Shown: positions 9,786 to 23,882 of the stretch, piece after piece | Layout of the letters: each line of letters starts with the position of its first letter | Numbering within the stretch: position 1 is the first letter of the stretch | Source of the DNA: Lepidodermella squamata | Taxonomy: Eukaryota; Animalia; Gastrotricha | DNA: 64,000 bases | Assembly: GCA_047495785.1 (NCBI GenBank) | Contig: JBLDXI010000017.1 | Span: 3,596,001 to 3,660,000, forward strand | Reading direction: 5' to 3' | The notes under the pieces: model-generated | The model's database searches: none | What the model saw: the letters and a program-made list of their open reading frames with translations, nothing else | What the model was told of the DNA's origin: nothing | Translations under genes and position numbers: made by a program

Positions 9786-12700
9786 AAAAGACATGATACT
9801 ATTGTTGCGGTCGATAATGCGCTTTTACATATGTGGTCAGCGCGAGGGCGTGTGTTTGTCATATTAGTATTCGTATCCGTAAATATTGCGACTGAGTCCC
9901 GGCTTATTGAATTCGCCAGTTTCAGGTTGAGGTAATTAGCCATTTCTCTCGTCCCTTCACTTGTTGTAAATAACAATCGCCGATGTTTGCGAAAGCGTGC
10001 TTTGAATATACATGTTTTCTTCCCTTCTTTGTTGCGTTGCATACTATCGAGCTACTTAATTTTTAACGCTTACCCCAATACTGGTCACTTTGCGGATCGA
10101 AACTATTTCAAGATGCTGTTTTTTTCATCGACCAATTAGCGAAGTTATCGTATCTTTCCGGTGTGAGCAGCATTGGCGCCGGTGCGCTTATTTATCCAAT
10201 TATTATTGATAGTTCTATCTGCGCGCAAAGGAAATTAAAGCGAGTATTTGATTCGCGAGTTAAATATCGAATAGTTGTTTACGATTACGGTGCATTAGAT
10301 TCATTTTTTTATCCCCTTCGCGCGGTCAAGTTCACTTGGCATTCTACTGCCTCGCTATCTCTACTTCGTCGAATCAATGCCTCGCTTTTCTAATTGCCTT
10401 ATTTAATTTCGCACCCGCGACTGAATTTCCCTATGGAAATGCTTTAGCCATGTAATAAATTCATTTAAGCAAGCACTTGAATCTAGTAAATAGACCGGCA
10501 ATTTATCGAACTGATCATCTTTGATCGTCGATTTCCGCAATTTTACACTCGTTCACACCTCTCTCGCTTACAACCTCTCTGTTGATAACCATAAAACAAT
10601 TAGTTCTTGGCATCGCACTTGAAATGTAATGCGGTTTCTGTAAATATGTAAGTAACTAGTTGAATGTAATAAACTGAATTTTATCAAGTTCAAATAATAT
10701 GTTCTTTTCCTTGGTTTTTTGCGCCACCGCTACGATTTCAGAGGACGGAACCTGGAGATGAGATGAGGTGCAAATTTTTTCGACACTTCTCAATAAAAAA
10801 ATATACGTGCAAATTGATTCATGCCCCCTTCTCATTATACTTGAGTGGTCTTTTATTTCGCACCAAATTAACGACGCACTCATTGAGCGTGTTCTTCGCT
10901 ACTATGGTTGCTCTTGGTCCGAATTCGGCCCAATTATCCGCGGGCGAGGATTGGCGTTAAGCCTATCGGCCGTTTCCGAGGGTAAGTTTCTGTATAAATT
11001 ATCGCCAATCATGTCTATCGTGTCGTACAGCAGACCCGCGTGGCCTACCGAACAAACAATGCACATCGACTGAAGGCGAGGCATATCAATTCCGGCTAGC
11101 GACTGACCTGTCAAACAAACAAAGCGACAAATCGCCTGCTGGTGAGACAAATAAACAATCGCACTCCGGCTGCTGTTCAGATGCGAATCGATGACGCTGC
11201 ACCGGGTTGGATGTCATGACCAACGTACCTGTCTCGTGGTATAACATTTAGACATAGGTAGTCGGTTCATCGGGTACGAATTTTTTCGTGTTGCACACTC
11301 CGGCTTGTGTCATTTACATACGCTCGCGCGCTTGTCATTACCGGTAATAGGTATGAAAGGCCGCCAGTAGCAATCTTTTTTTAGACTGGCAACAACTAGC
11401 AAACAGCTGCTCTTTTTGTCTCTTTGATACATTGAGCCTATTGTGGTTTCCGCCTTGCGTTTTTGCTGTCATCTTGTGCCTTATGTTGCCGGGATGATAA
11501 TGATAGCCCTTGAGATGCAAACATACCACCCGCCGCTATTCATTTAGGTAAGAGCAAACGAGTGTAGTGATATGACCCAACGCGGCTACTGTTCCACCAT
11601 AAGACTAGCTATGCTCCCCATACGTCAATGCGTTTTTGTCAGCATAATTCGAGGAGAAATACACTTCATGTCCAAAACACTTTCTTCCGCGCTCGCCTGG
11701 CTACCCTGGCCCATTCTCTCAGGGCTGCTGCTGAGTGGTAATGGGTGAAAAACAGCACAAGGCGTGTCATTACTCACACGTTGACCGGCCGCCCCTCCTC
11801 AAGTTCTTACGGCCGAGCGGGCTGTTTTATAGCTTCTGCAGTTGTCTCTGTTGTTGTTATTGTTGACCGAACTGTTGAAGGACTATAAACCGCGGCGTAA
11901 CGGCCATTCGCACGACAAACAAGGCATGCCTCTCGTGCGCTGAACATGGCCGTGAATGAGAGCTCAGCGCTCGGCCACCTTGCCCATGCTACCTGCGCCT
12001 CGAGATGTGGCTCGGCTTTTTACGCAGAAGTCGACGCGAGCGGCTGTCACGTCGACGTTCTCAATACTATTTTCCCAGCTAATCACGTCTTTTTGACAGC
12101 GATCCTGTCATTGACAAGATTTTATCTTTTAAATGCTTATGGGTGCTATCGCTATTCATATTCACTTTGAAATTCGTATATTATTTTTTTACGTAAATTT
12201 GAGCTGCTTCTCGGCACACTGTCATTTGAAACTGAAACTACGCGCGGGATAGCACCGTTGACACACGACATGCTACATGACATGTGTCAGGCGCAAATTC
12301 CGCTCTCGTAAGTCACTGCCACCTGGTAGGTTGCTTTTTTGCACTTTTGCGCGTAAGTACAACGCCAATTTACTCATAGAGACCTAATTGAACGCGTTCG
12401 CCACGTTATATTTACGCGCCTCAAGCTCAGCGCAACTCCGTCGCTTCTAACATATATTGATTATTCACCCGAGATCTATTATGCCACCAGTGCCATCTGT
12501 CGATTCTGAGGACCAATAGCAGAGATAACCTATGAACTTGGCGCATAAGCCACTCGGCTGTCTTATTCCCACATCGCTGTATACAGATGTGTTAGCTAGC
12601 TGCATGGAGGCTACAAATTTCATCCCTCCCCATTGTCATTGCTGTGCTGAATGAAACATTTTAATGGTCGATAGCGCACGTGTTTTTCTCACGCAACTCA

Positions 12701-14802
12701 CGAAATTTTGCACCTTTTTCTGCAAAAATTCGACAAGCTGCTTGCCATTTGATTTCGCTACAATACTATATCTCTGAATAGCCTTTCAATTACGGCTAAT
12801 GATTAGCAGACGCTGGTCGGCACCCTATCTTCCGCCAGCCCATCCTCGACTGCGTTCGCCAGCGTCCTGTTTGTTTAGCCTATCGCACTGCACTTTGCGC
12901 CTTGCTACAATTCGATTGCTGCGCTGTTTGTCTTATTGGCGGTACTTACCCTAGCTGAATTTGTTAGTAATTAACCGTCCAATTTTGTAGTAATGAATTA
13001 CTAAAATAGTACACATTGCCGTAGTATTTGCGCATCGTCCGCGGCCTACGTGCGCCCATTCATTCATGTTGCTGGTTCTATTCGAGATCAAATCGATACG
13101 TCGTGTTGCGTCGGGTCCACCAACAGCCCTCCGCTATATCGACATTTGTTGCTGCTACATAAATCTTTTCAACACCGCTCGCCGCAAAGTGCCACGCCTC
13201 CTATTAAAGTTGCGCTCTGGGAGCTATCAACACTATTTTTATTGAATAATGGCCCACGTTTGTGGCGGCGTTAATTTTGCTCTTAATGCAAAACACAGCC
13301 TGCCCTCGGCGCCTATTTGCGTTAACTGATACTGCTAGTTTCATAATTACGTATAGTTTGATGATGTTTGGTGCCAGTCAATTTTTGACCCAGCGTCCAG
13401 CTACCCCAGAAGGCACTAGGGCGAGCACAAGAGTAGCGGTTTTGTTTATTGAATACCATCTTGTATTGTTTTGTCGGGTGAAAAAAGGCTCTGTTCATCC
13501 CTCACTTGATCTGTTTTTGTTTACGGGCGAGTCGTCGCTTGGCTCTTGACGGCGCTTGGCCAAGCGTGTCCTTGTTTGCTCTGTGGGTTGTGTCGACGCA
13601 GTTCACCGATATACACATGCCGCAATTTGTTTTGCGGTACGCGCTGTTGCAAACGAAAGGCCCGCCAGGTTGCAAGTCGCCTTCCGCTACAGTCACCAAC
13701 ATCCTGTTTACCCGAGTTTTCTGCCGACGTCGTCGAGAGAGAGATGCCTGTTTTCGGCGATGGTGGCGGAGATGACTGGTTGCGGCTGTTATCTGCAGCA
13801 GTTTAATCATATCCCTCACAAAGAAAGACCTGTGTGTGAATTTCTCATGGCTGCCTCTTATGAATCTGTGCCGCTGGAATTGCCGACGTTAATTACCAGC
13901 GTTCTGTAAGCCGTTTACGTGACAGAAGGCCGGCGAAAATGTGGACACCACGTCAAGGGTCATCAACGGCTCTTATCAACCACGGCCGTGCATTACCAGC
14001 GCACCTGTGAGCCTGGTGCCCTCTGCGGCTGTTCACTTCGGGTAAATCGGCGCAGCGATAAGCTAATTTCAGCTGCGACGTTTATAGATACGGCTATAAA
14101 CCGACGATTGCTGATTTATTTGGCCGCTGGTACCCGCGCTGTTTTGTTTTTCGATTAGCGTTTATTGCCGCATGGCACATGTCGCCGCCGCGCTAGTTAT
14201 GAATCGGCTTTATTATTATTTTTGTCTCGCTTAATTAGCTGGTCGACTGCAAAAAGCGATGCAGGTGATATTATTAACATGAGAATAATTTAGCTAGTTG
14301 CCACGGCCTCGACACGGAAATAACTAATTGCCGCGCTGGCCAATCTTCGTCATAATCATCATCATCATCTCTTCATCATTGCTTGTTCCGTGTTTCATCG
14401 CTTTGTCGCGTGTGTGCGTGACGAGGCGCAGTTGCGGCCGTTCAACACGGCATCTGAAGCTCATTAGCACTCAAATTATTACAAGTTTTTCGCGTTGGCA
14501 ACAACAAGCGCTTGCAGACTTGCGCCTGTATACCTGTATCGCGCACTTTGTCGACGCGCTGTTTTTTCTCGACATGTTTTGTTTAGCCTGTTTTTCGCGC
14601 AACATGTTCCACGCTGCCTTGATATAACCAACTGAACTTGAAATTTCAACTTACTTCACACTTTTCCTTCTTATATTTTTCTTGCACCTGAATCTTTCGA
14701 AGTTCTTCCGAAGTTTCGCTGTTTCATATTTCCTTTCTTTCGTTTTTACGGTTCAGATTTTTAAATAACGAATGTCTTAATTATTTGCGGTAATTTATTT
14801 CA

Positions 14803-17800
14803 ATGCGGGATACGTCGTTGGACAATTCGACCGACGACGAGGGCCGTGTATTTCTTGTGAAGGTCGAGCGCGGTGTGACGATCAAATCGTGCAAATCGCC
14901 CGAAAACAATGTGGTCATCAGCCGAATGGTCGCCAGCTTCACCGGGTCCCTGCCTTCCGATGACAGTGAAAACCAGTCGAATGGAAACCCAAGGCCAGCG
15001 CCGAGACAGCGCCGTCAGATTTTGGCAAACATCGGGCAACCGCCGAAAGCGAGTCGCGTCGCTTGGAGGCGGCGCGGAGTTGAATCGCGGTCGCTTGACC
15101 GTGGCGGCGACGGCAACCGGCTTGCACCAAGCGCCGGCGCCGCTTCAGACGACGAGCAAGAGTTCGAGCAGCTGGCGGCTGCGAACAAACGCGATGGAAG
15201 CGAGTGTAAATTCCGGTGAGTTTGCATGTTACTAATGAAACCCGGTATAGCTTGCGTGTGGAACCGATTTGGCGCCGCGGTGTTGTTATTTCGGCGACGG
15301 TAAACAGTTTGCGCATGTGTGCGGGTCGGTACAGGCAAACGTGTTATAGTTACCGAAGCTGTAATTTGTTCTCGGTTTGTTTACGTGTACGCGTTAATCG
15401 CGCTGTAAAATCTCCCAGCCGCCACACGTGGTGTTGCACGCGGCTGGCTACACCATTCGCAAGATTTCAGGCTCGTGTTGCGGCTGGTGCTGCACATCAT
15501 CTCACTACACTGATAATAATATCTTCTTCAGAGTGGATAATTCCACCGCCGCCTTAAGCTGCCTGCGGGACAAGTTGCTTTTAATCCATTCGAACGTGTC
15601 TGAACAACGTCTTATTTTTGGCGAAGGCTGATCGCCGGCTAACGTGCGAAAGACTTCATTACTTTTTCAGCGAACGATAGAATATACATGCGCTTAGCTT
15701 CAGGGCCGATACTGGGCGTTCATTCAGTTCATACCGTAATATAGATTGGGTTGGGTTTTCTTTAGTGTTTACGCATCAGCGTTATATCTGCTTTTTCAAT
15801 CTTCGCTATATGTGTCTGTTGATTGCATTTATTGTTGTGGCACGTTTTCTTCGTTGCAGTAAAACAGGAAATTATTCATTATTAACACGAGATAACACAC
15901 AGCGGCTGTTGGTTTTCGCTCACAGCAGTATTCATTATTTTATCGTTGGCTTTTCTGCCAGTTTGAAGCGTTTTCGCCGCGCTCACCTTTTTGTTTACGC
16001 GTTTTATGATGTTGACAAACATAACTAGTTGCCAAATGTTCGCACAGTAGCATTTCAGGGGTTTCTTACTAGTCTTCCACGGATAAATAAGAAATTTTCC
16101 ATTGCGTCTACCACTGCAATAATTTAATCCAGGTATTACTGTTTATCCGCTGTCTTTCCGCTGCGTTTCGCGGCAGCAAGTGCCTCAAATGTATTTAAAA
16201 TAGATTATTACCGTTTGCTGTAAATTTCTTATTACATAGTATTTTATTATCGTTTGACCCTCAACTGAGCAGCAGCAGCCGTTTATTACAACTGCGACAA
16301 CGTGTTAATGTCGCAAATGCTGGTTTTTAAACACATATATTACACACCTTATCTCTTAGCCCTCTTGAACCGTGATATATCCTGCGTTGTTTTATCATTT
16401 TCAAATTGCTCACATAACACGGCGGCTGCCGCTGATATTATACCTACCAAGTACCTGCGTTGTGATTCTACGTTTTTATTCGGTGATTCATGCGCTAATT
16501 AATTTGCCGGAGCTATGAAACCAGCTTAGAATTCCGTTGCTTTTTATTGAGGGGTGGAGGCTAGTTATTTTTTTCACCCCAGCCCAGTCAGTGCAGCAAA
16601 AAACAACTCGGAATTAGGGGGTGGTAAAAATCTAAGCCTGCATTAGCGATATTGCATTACCCTAATTCGATCAGTTTTTTGTTCATGAAATTTTTCGGAG
16701 TCAAGAATGAACTCAAAATGAGAGGACACTTTCTAGTGCCAATTTGCTGCGCTTTTTCGATGAAATCATCGAGTTTTATGTCGAGAGTGGCGTGGGAGCG
16801 TGTAAGACAATGAGGCACGTGCGTCTTTGAAAATAGCTTACCTGCTTCTTTTAGGGCTCTGTGTGACATACGTGGGCGTTTGGCCATGTGCCTCGTAATG
16901 AGCCTCTCATCTCGCCATGCCGGCCGGCGCTGGGCATGCGTTTTGCCGTGGGACGCACCCATTATTATGATATCACAAGCCGTTCGCCGACGGTCGGTAG
17001 CCGTCGTACACGTGATGGGACAAGCATATTGCCACCGTTTTCTAACGTACCTTGCTTGCCCCATTATTCGCCGCATTTGATTAGCTGGCCGAGCATTCAG
17101 CAATCTGTCTTTTAGCTATTATCTGCCATCTTTTATTCAGTACTTGATGCGTTGACGCGGGCGTCGCTGCTGCGTTCGGGCATTGATGCAACCCTGGCCG
17201 TGCAAAAACACGGCCCGTTGAAGCTCATCGCCAGCGACTTGTTCTTTGAAACGGCCGAAAATGGGCGCGCTTAGGAAGGCGATGACATGGCAAATAACAA
17301 GCGTCGCACGGCCAATTAATAGCGTACAAACATGGGCGGCCGTCTTGTGCACCTCGCCGCATCTATTTGTGTTTGCTTGTGCGTCGAGTAATGGTAGCTG
17401 ACGCTCAACTGCCAGCTCTTGTCATTTAGGTATATAGGGCTCGTAGTTTTTAGTGTCATCTCAATAACATCATGCGTTTGTAATACCGCTCATGTGCATT
17501 ATTACCCGCCATCCGCTAGTCCAGCCAGCGCGTTTTTTGTATTGGCAGTGCGACCCGCCTCACCTCGCCTTTGTCTTCGTTGTGTTTCATCATTATATCG
17601 CATATTCCCCTACTACTACTACTACATCATCCTACTCCGCCTTCTCGTCCTCCTACAGCTGCTGCGACTTTTTTCGGTCCGTTCGTCTAAAGCCGCGCAT
17701 TATTGCGCCTCTGATCCGCTATTATCACCCCGCCGTTCGCCGCGGCCGGTTATCTCTTTCTGTCACATCTGTGCCAACGCCGTCGGCCAAGCGCGACTGA

Positions 17801-20800
17801 GAGCTTGTCAACAGCAGGCCAGCCGTAGTCAACGCGTTCGCGCGATTCTACGTGCTTTTTTGCCTCTGCCGATGTGTGCACGACCGCGCTTTTTTAATGC
17901 GCGCGCATCTTCGAGTCGTGTGGCGTAGCCGAGCGCATCGCCGCCGCCTAAATCCTGCTTGACGTCGCATATGTTTTGGTGACAGTGTAGTGGGCAAACA
18001 ATCGCCGCGCGCCGGCAGTTTTCACCTATACCTTAGTTTTCGACGTGTCGACGCCATGTAATTGTTATTTTTCGATTTCTAGAGACGACAACTCTCGCCG
18101 CGAGTTTATTGAAAAGTTGCGCCATTTCGAGCGCTTGACGGTGCAGCAGCCAGCAGGCAAAGCCGAGTCCGCGGCCAACCCCGAACAATCAAAGCCGTTG
18201 GCGAACAATCAGCAAAATTCGTCGGCACCGCTAGCTCGCCGCCCACCGCCTCCTCCCCCCGCCGCCCCGCCTAAGCCGCCGTACCAGCCTCACCCCGAGA
18301 TCGAAAACCGCTTGCGCTTCTTCGACGCTGCTTTTGGCCGCCATCCAAGCATCCGCGATCGTCAACTCGAAAGTCTCACCAACCCGCCTTCAAACGACAC
18401 CATGTCAGCCTCAGCCGTGTCGATGCAGCCCCGGCTTTTACCCGGGTCAGGCCTTAGCACAGCCGATGACAGTGCCATCATTTATCCTAGTCGAAAGCCG
18501 CCATCTACTGATATCATGTCCTTCTCAATGACTGCAGGCACGTCGCCGGCTGGTAAAAGCCGCATCGACGTTCTGAACCGTATTTCAAACCAATTGCTGT
18601 TAAGCTCATCGAACCAACCTGCGCAAACTTCCACCGCACCGCAAACCTCCGAAAAACCACACCCACCCAGTCGGGTCAACTCGAGCCTGCAAGCCACAGA
18701 AGCTGAGTTGCGGCGCGAACTTGAGCATCTCGATTTGATGCTGAGCTCGATCAAGGACAACGCGTCGGGCGACGCCGCTGCAGCTGAGCCGACATCGCCG
18801 CTCGCTTCGATAGCGCGGGTTGGTTTTAGCATTAATTTTTAGCTTATTTGGCAGTAGTTGTTGCCAATTGCGGCGATCCGCTCTGCTAGGCTTATCGCTC
18901 CACGGTTTTTACAAAATTTCAACTACGCCTCATGCGCAAACACATACGCTTCGTTTCTTTATCGCCGTCTACTTGTTCGCTCCCCCGTTGTAGTAGTAAG
19001 AAAGCATTTCGCTAATAATACTAATAATAAGCCATTTCTTTATATCATAATTTATCGCGACCGCGTACTTGCTGTTTACACAACACTTTATTTCATCTCT
19101 CTGTTTGCATCATTATTATTCGTTTCCAATTCACAGGAGCGTCGCCACTCTGTTGCCACTGGTGCCATGTCGGCTGCTAATGGCGGATCGCGAATTCCCC
19201 GCATCCAGACCGTCACCATTGTGCCGCAGCTGTCTCGCTCCGTTGTCGTTCAGGGATCGCAAGTGGTCTTCGAAGCGCCGCGACTCGCGCCGGCCAACCT
19301 CCGGACAGAAATTCAAAATTTCCGAAAAACGCCTGCAGGCGAGTCATCGACCACCGTTACACCTGCAGTGGAAGAGGCCCCCCTCCAGCCGGCCTCTATC
19401 AATTCATCTGAAGTTACCAGTCATGCGGAATCCTCACAGAATGATGCTCAAGAACCGCCGAAAGTCAGAGAACGTTTCGGTAAGTTACCTAAATATGCCA
19501 TTTCGCTATCCCTAATCATTTTACTGATTGTTATAGAACCATCTCCTTCACCTGTTCGTGGGCTGCAAACCAATTCAGAAAGATCGTCTCCTCTCATATC
19601 AAGAGGAGATTTATCGCATTCGCCATCTCCATCGCCGCCGACAGTCGCTGGCGCTGTTAACAAGACAAGGCGAGTAGTCCTGGTTCCTCGGGCTAAACTG
19701 GTTACATCCGGATCTGTCGCGGCAGCTCAGCAATCATCCGGCCAGACTGATAGTCAAAAGTCCTCGCCTGTGCCCAGTCAAAACAGTCAAGATGACCAAG
19801 TTAGTCAAGCGAGTGGGCCATCAAAGCCGCCGGCTGAGTCTCGGGTTGAGCCCGATCCCAGCATGTTATCTCCATCGTCGTCCGCGTCTTCGACTCACGC
19901 CATGTCAGAGGTGAATAATCTTCCTCCGCCGCCGACGCCCTCGCCACCCTCGCGAGATAACGTATCATCAGACGCATCGACCCCGCCTCCGCCGGATGAC
20001 AAGGCGAAATTGCGAACAGAGATCGCCATCGAGGTGGCCCAGGACACCCCCATCGGCCCGCAGCAATCGATGACAATGCCTAATTCAAGCATTGTCATGA
20101 CGGCCGTGATGGAATCGAACGGGCATCACACCTACGATGTAGGTCAGCCGAGCCCGAGCCTCACGCCATCGACAACAAGTAACAGCGACAGCAACGGCGT
20201 GCTTGCCCCTGTAGCTCCGGTCACCAATTTCAGCCATCATCACCAGGCCGGTCAAATGACGGGGACGCACGCCGGCATTTCGTCGCCGATTATCACCTCG
20301 CACAAGCTGCACCAGCAGACGCTGCGTGACATCTCAACCCTGCGGCATTGCTTGATCGACATTGAGACGCAACAGCAGAATATTTTACAAGAAGTGTCTG
20401 CGTTGAGAGCCGAGGCTGCAGCCGTTAACGAGGTCGAATCCATCCGCGAGGCGATTCACGCCGCCGAGCTACGTTTCGAGTTGGAAAGAGAACGGGCAAA
20501 CGCTAGGCTAAATGCTGCTCGCAATAAGGCTCACGCGGCTGCTCGTGACGTTCAACATCTGGAACAGCAACGGCTGGTTGCTAATCCGACTGATAGTGGG
20601 GATCCATTGGATGATGAAAACGATGAAGCTACTTTAATGGAGGCTCACCAACAATTAGGTAAAAATACAATTTAAACCAGAATTCGTGTTTTTACAGTAT
20701 TTTTTTATTTAGCATCGCTGCAGGAAGACGTAGCTGATGCGGATTTTGAACTCGTGGAAGCCGAGACGCGTTTCGAGTCGGAAAGGGAGCGCCTGCTAGC

Positions 20801-21890
20801 TCGTCTCAGTGTAGCAACTGAGGCCGCCGTTAGTGCTTCGTTACTGGCGAAGAACGGCGGGGCTGCCGGGCTTATTGGCGGAAATTCCTCCTATGACTAC
20901 TGGATCCGCCGCCTGACCGAACATTACCGGCAGCTTGACGGTAAACGACAGCTGATCGAGCGTAACCTGTCCAAATTACAGGCCTCGTTTAATAACGGAA
21001 GTCCAGCATCGCTGTCAGCGCAAAACAACGGATCACTGAATAAAAGCAGCAGTGGTGAATGCTCACTTTCAATCGGTGGCAACTCTTCGAACAATGATAA
21101 GGATGCTTCAACACAGGAGAAACCCGGCGCCGAGTTTGACTCGAGCATGAATAAAAATATGACTGGGGATTCGAATTCATGCTCAGATGGTGCTCAGGCC
21201 GAGTCGGGGACGTCGTCTCGCCCCGTTTCTCTAGGCGAGGAACAGCATCAACTTCAACCGATTACTAAGCCCACTACCGCGATGAACCATGAAACTACAG
21301 TGAAGCTGCGTCCACACCCCAAGCAGGCCTCTAAAATACCGCCTTCTGACCGGCCCCGCACGCTGTTTCTTCCCCAGCCCGATAACGTCGCCCTCGATCT
21401 TCGTGAACACCTCGACGCCTTGTCTCACGATTGGCGATCTTGCAGCCATGTAACAATGTCAACTGACGGCTCGGCGTGTCGCGGTTGGTTACATAAAATG
21501 ACAAGCCGAGTGCCGGCGATAGTGCGGCAGTGGTCGCGACGCTGGTTCGTCTTTGATCGCCAGCTGCGCCAATTGCTGTATTTCTCAGAGAGTAACGAGC
21601 ATCATCCTCGAGGTCAAATCGCGTTCTCGGGCATCTTAGACGTCTATGTCGAAACTGCGGTGGCTGGCTCGTCGTCGTCTTCCGGGCTGCGGACTCATCG
21701 CCCGCCCAATTCGTGTTCGAACCTTTTAATCGTCGTGCAAACTGTAGATCGGCGGCTGATCCTCGCTGCCCCATCGCCTCAAGCTGCTCGCATATGGGTA
21801 GACGTACTGTGCACGGGTGCGGCTGGCAATCAGTCATACGACGCATCAACACCACCTGATGAGAGTTATGCCTTGGGTGCGAGAGCTTAA
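14803..21890 (+). CDS. PHLDB: Pleckstrin homology-like domain family B (LL5/PHLDB) protein, about 1260 aa (exons 14803-15215, 18083-18818, 19137-19479, 19537-20658, 20713-21890)
   Basis: C-terminal LDLREHLDALSH...CRGWLHKM...WSRRWFVFDRQLRQLLYF...RGQIAFSGILDVYV...APSPQAARIWVDVLCTGA is the PHLDB-type PH domain. Coiled coil DFELVEAETRFESERE. Splice phases are consistent; the first exon is the least certain. Confidence 0.85.
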
Positions 21891-22489
21891 TTGCCCGCTA
21901 CACCTGAAATCAACCACAAATGGTCTCTTAATCTTTCCGAAGTCGGCGATCGAATGAATTTACTGTCGAGTTTGGCGGTGCTATAGAATTCAAGGGATAT
22001 CTGCATTGCTGTGTCTCTGTCTCAAAAACAATGACTGGCTACGATTCCATACGCGTTTGCCCTCACGTGGGCCGCTTTTCTCCTCATCTTTCTCGGTTAA
22101 CCACGGAAGCGCTTTGCTGTCTTGAGTGTTTCTATATTCTATGTAACAAAAATATATGCTATTGTTCGCGTCATTTTTCTGACTAAGTTTTACGTCGCGA
22201 TTTTTATTTGCTGCAATTCAAATGCGTTTATGCTGCTCTATGAGCGAGCTGAATTGATGAGCGTTAACATAGTGATCTTATGGCTTAACTGCACCACTTT
22301 TGTTATTGGCTGGAATGCAGCCAAACTAAGAGAAAACGAAAAAAATAAAAACCATTTTGATTCATCATGCTTTATTGCTATGAAAAAATCGAATAAGACT
22401 GGGTTGATGTTTCATGAAACAATGGAATACTTTATATCAGAAGCAGTTGATAAGCAGAAGCACCAAGTTAGGATGGAAATGATTAGTGA

Positions 22490-23882
22490 TCAAATTTTGC
22501 GATTCGCTTCAACTTTCTTGCAGTAAGCGGCAATGTCTGCTGATGTTTGCACCAAAGATTTCGACACACCTTCCAACAGACTGCTGCAAGTGCTGAGCTG
22601 AGCATCTAGCTGGGCTTGGCTTTTCTCGACAAACGCCATAGCATCGACAATTTGTACAGCTTGATTGTGCACTTCATTTAGAGCTGTCAGCCGATCGATG
22701 ACTTTCGGCAAAACTTGGACGTGCTCCGCGCTAGAAGACAGAAGCTCGTATAGGTTTAACAATTTCTGCATTTTTGCTGTGTCGATTTGCTGACCATCGC
22801 CCGACTGCTGTGTAGTAGCTTGTAACCGCGCCAATACCGAGGCGAGGCGAGCATCAATAAGGTCCAGTTTTGCTGGATCCATCAGTGATATCTTCGACTC
22901 CAATAGCGATAACTGGTCCTGAAAAATAACAACAATGAAGATGCGACAAACAAATAACACAAGATCTAACTAGAACGCCTTCGGCTTTTTGACTCCCAGA
23001 AGACACGTGAGATCCGGCTGATGAGTTAGTGTTTCCCAGCAATAGCTCGATGCGGCTGAGCCGCGATTCAAGCTCCACAGCCTTTGAAAGTTGATATTGC
23101 TTGTCGACATCAGGGTGGTGGTACAACCGGTATACCGGCGCCTGACCGGAATCGCTCCCCGTCGTAATTGTGCGTTTTAGATCTGCGATAGCTTTGGGAT
23201 CGGTCGGCGGAAAAGTAAGTTGCGTCGTAACTTTGTCGTTAACGACCGCGCCAACACGCCGCCTCAACTTGTCAACCTTCCAAAAAAGCAATCACTGAAC
23301 TGACTCAAACAAAACTTCATGACGCGTTTACCTCTTGAATAATATCAGGCACGGATACGTCTGTCTTACCGGAAGCCGATAGCTGGCTTGACAGCTCATC
23401 CAACTCGGACATGATTCGATTGAGTTTCTGCGCAGAAGTTTCCTCCTGGGAAATAAGTTCAAAGCCAGAACCATATCCGGAATTTTTAGCTTTGACAGAG
23501 GACTCGGAAAAATCTGCTCATATTAGAGGATGAACATTATGCTTCTAAAGAACATCGTTCACTAACCTGTGCGATTAGCATCCAAAAACTTGTCCTTCAG
23601 TGTATTTCGAACATCGGTAACAGACGTGTCGATCTTCGCGACTGCATTGTCATCGCTCTTGTCCTGGTAAAAAAAAAGCAAACGATTTTATAAATGGAAA
23701 GTTACGTTAATGTTTACATTCAAATTGTCGGTGGGAGCAGTAGAAGGTTCATCTGCAGTTTCGTACACATCTGGAGATCCCCAGTCCTGAAGAAAGAAAT
23801 AATGTATGTAATACCAACATGAGCCTGAACTACAAAAACTAACGATTCCAGGTAAACCTTCGAGCATACGTGGAGTAGCCAT
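22490..23882 (-). CDS. DCTN2: Dynactin subunit 2 (p50 dynamitin)
   Basis: MATPRMLEGLPGI|DWGSPDVYET, DFSES..GYGSGFE..ETSAQKLNRIMSELDEL, AVELESRLSRIELLLG, LESKISLMDPAKLDLIDARL and LPKVIDRLTALNEVHNQA all follow dynamitin motifs. Several short GT-AG introns. Confidence 0.93.

Noticed and set aside
16547-16640. Imperfect inverted repeat (ggggtg...cacccc / aggct...agcct) in PHLDB intron 1
   Set aside because: Too degenerate, with no clear TSD, to call a MITE.
18858-19136. Hydrophobic N-terminal part of the 605-aa ORF that looks like a transmembrane segment
   Set aside because: It lies within PHLDB intron 2 (acceptor tcacag at 19136); T-rich intronic sequence translates as hydrophobic residues.
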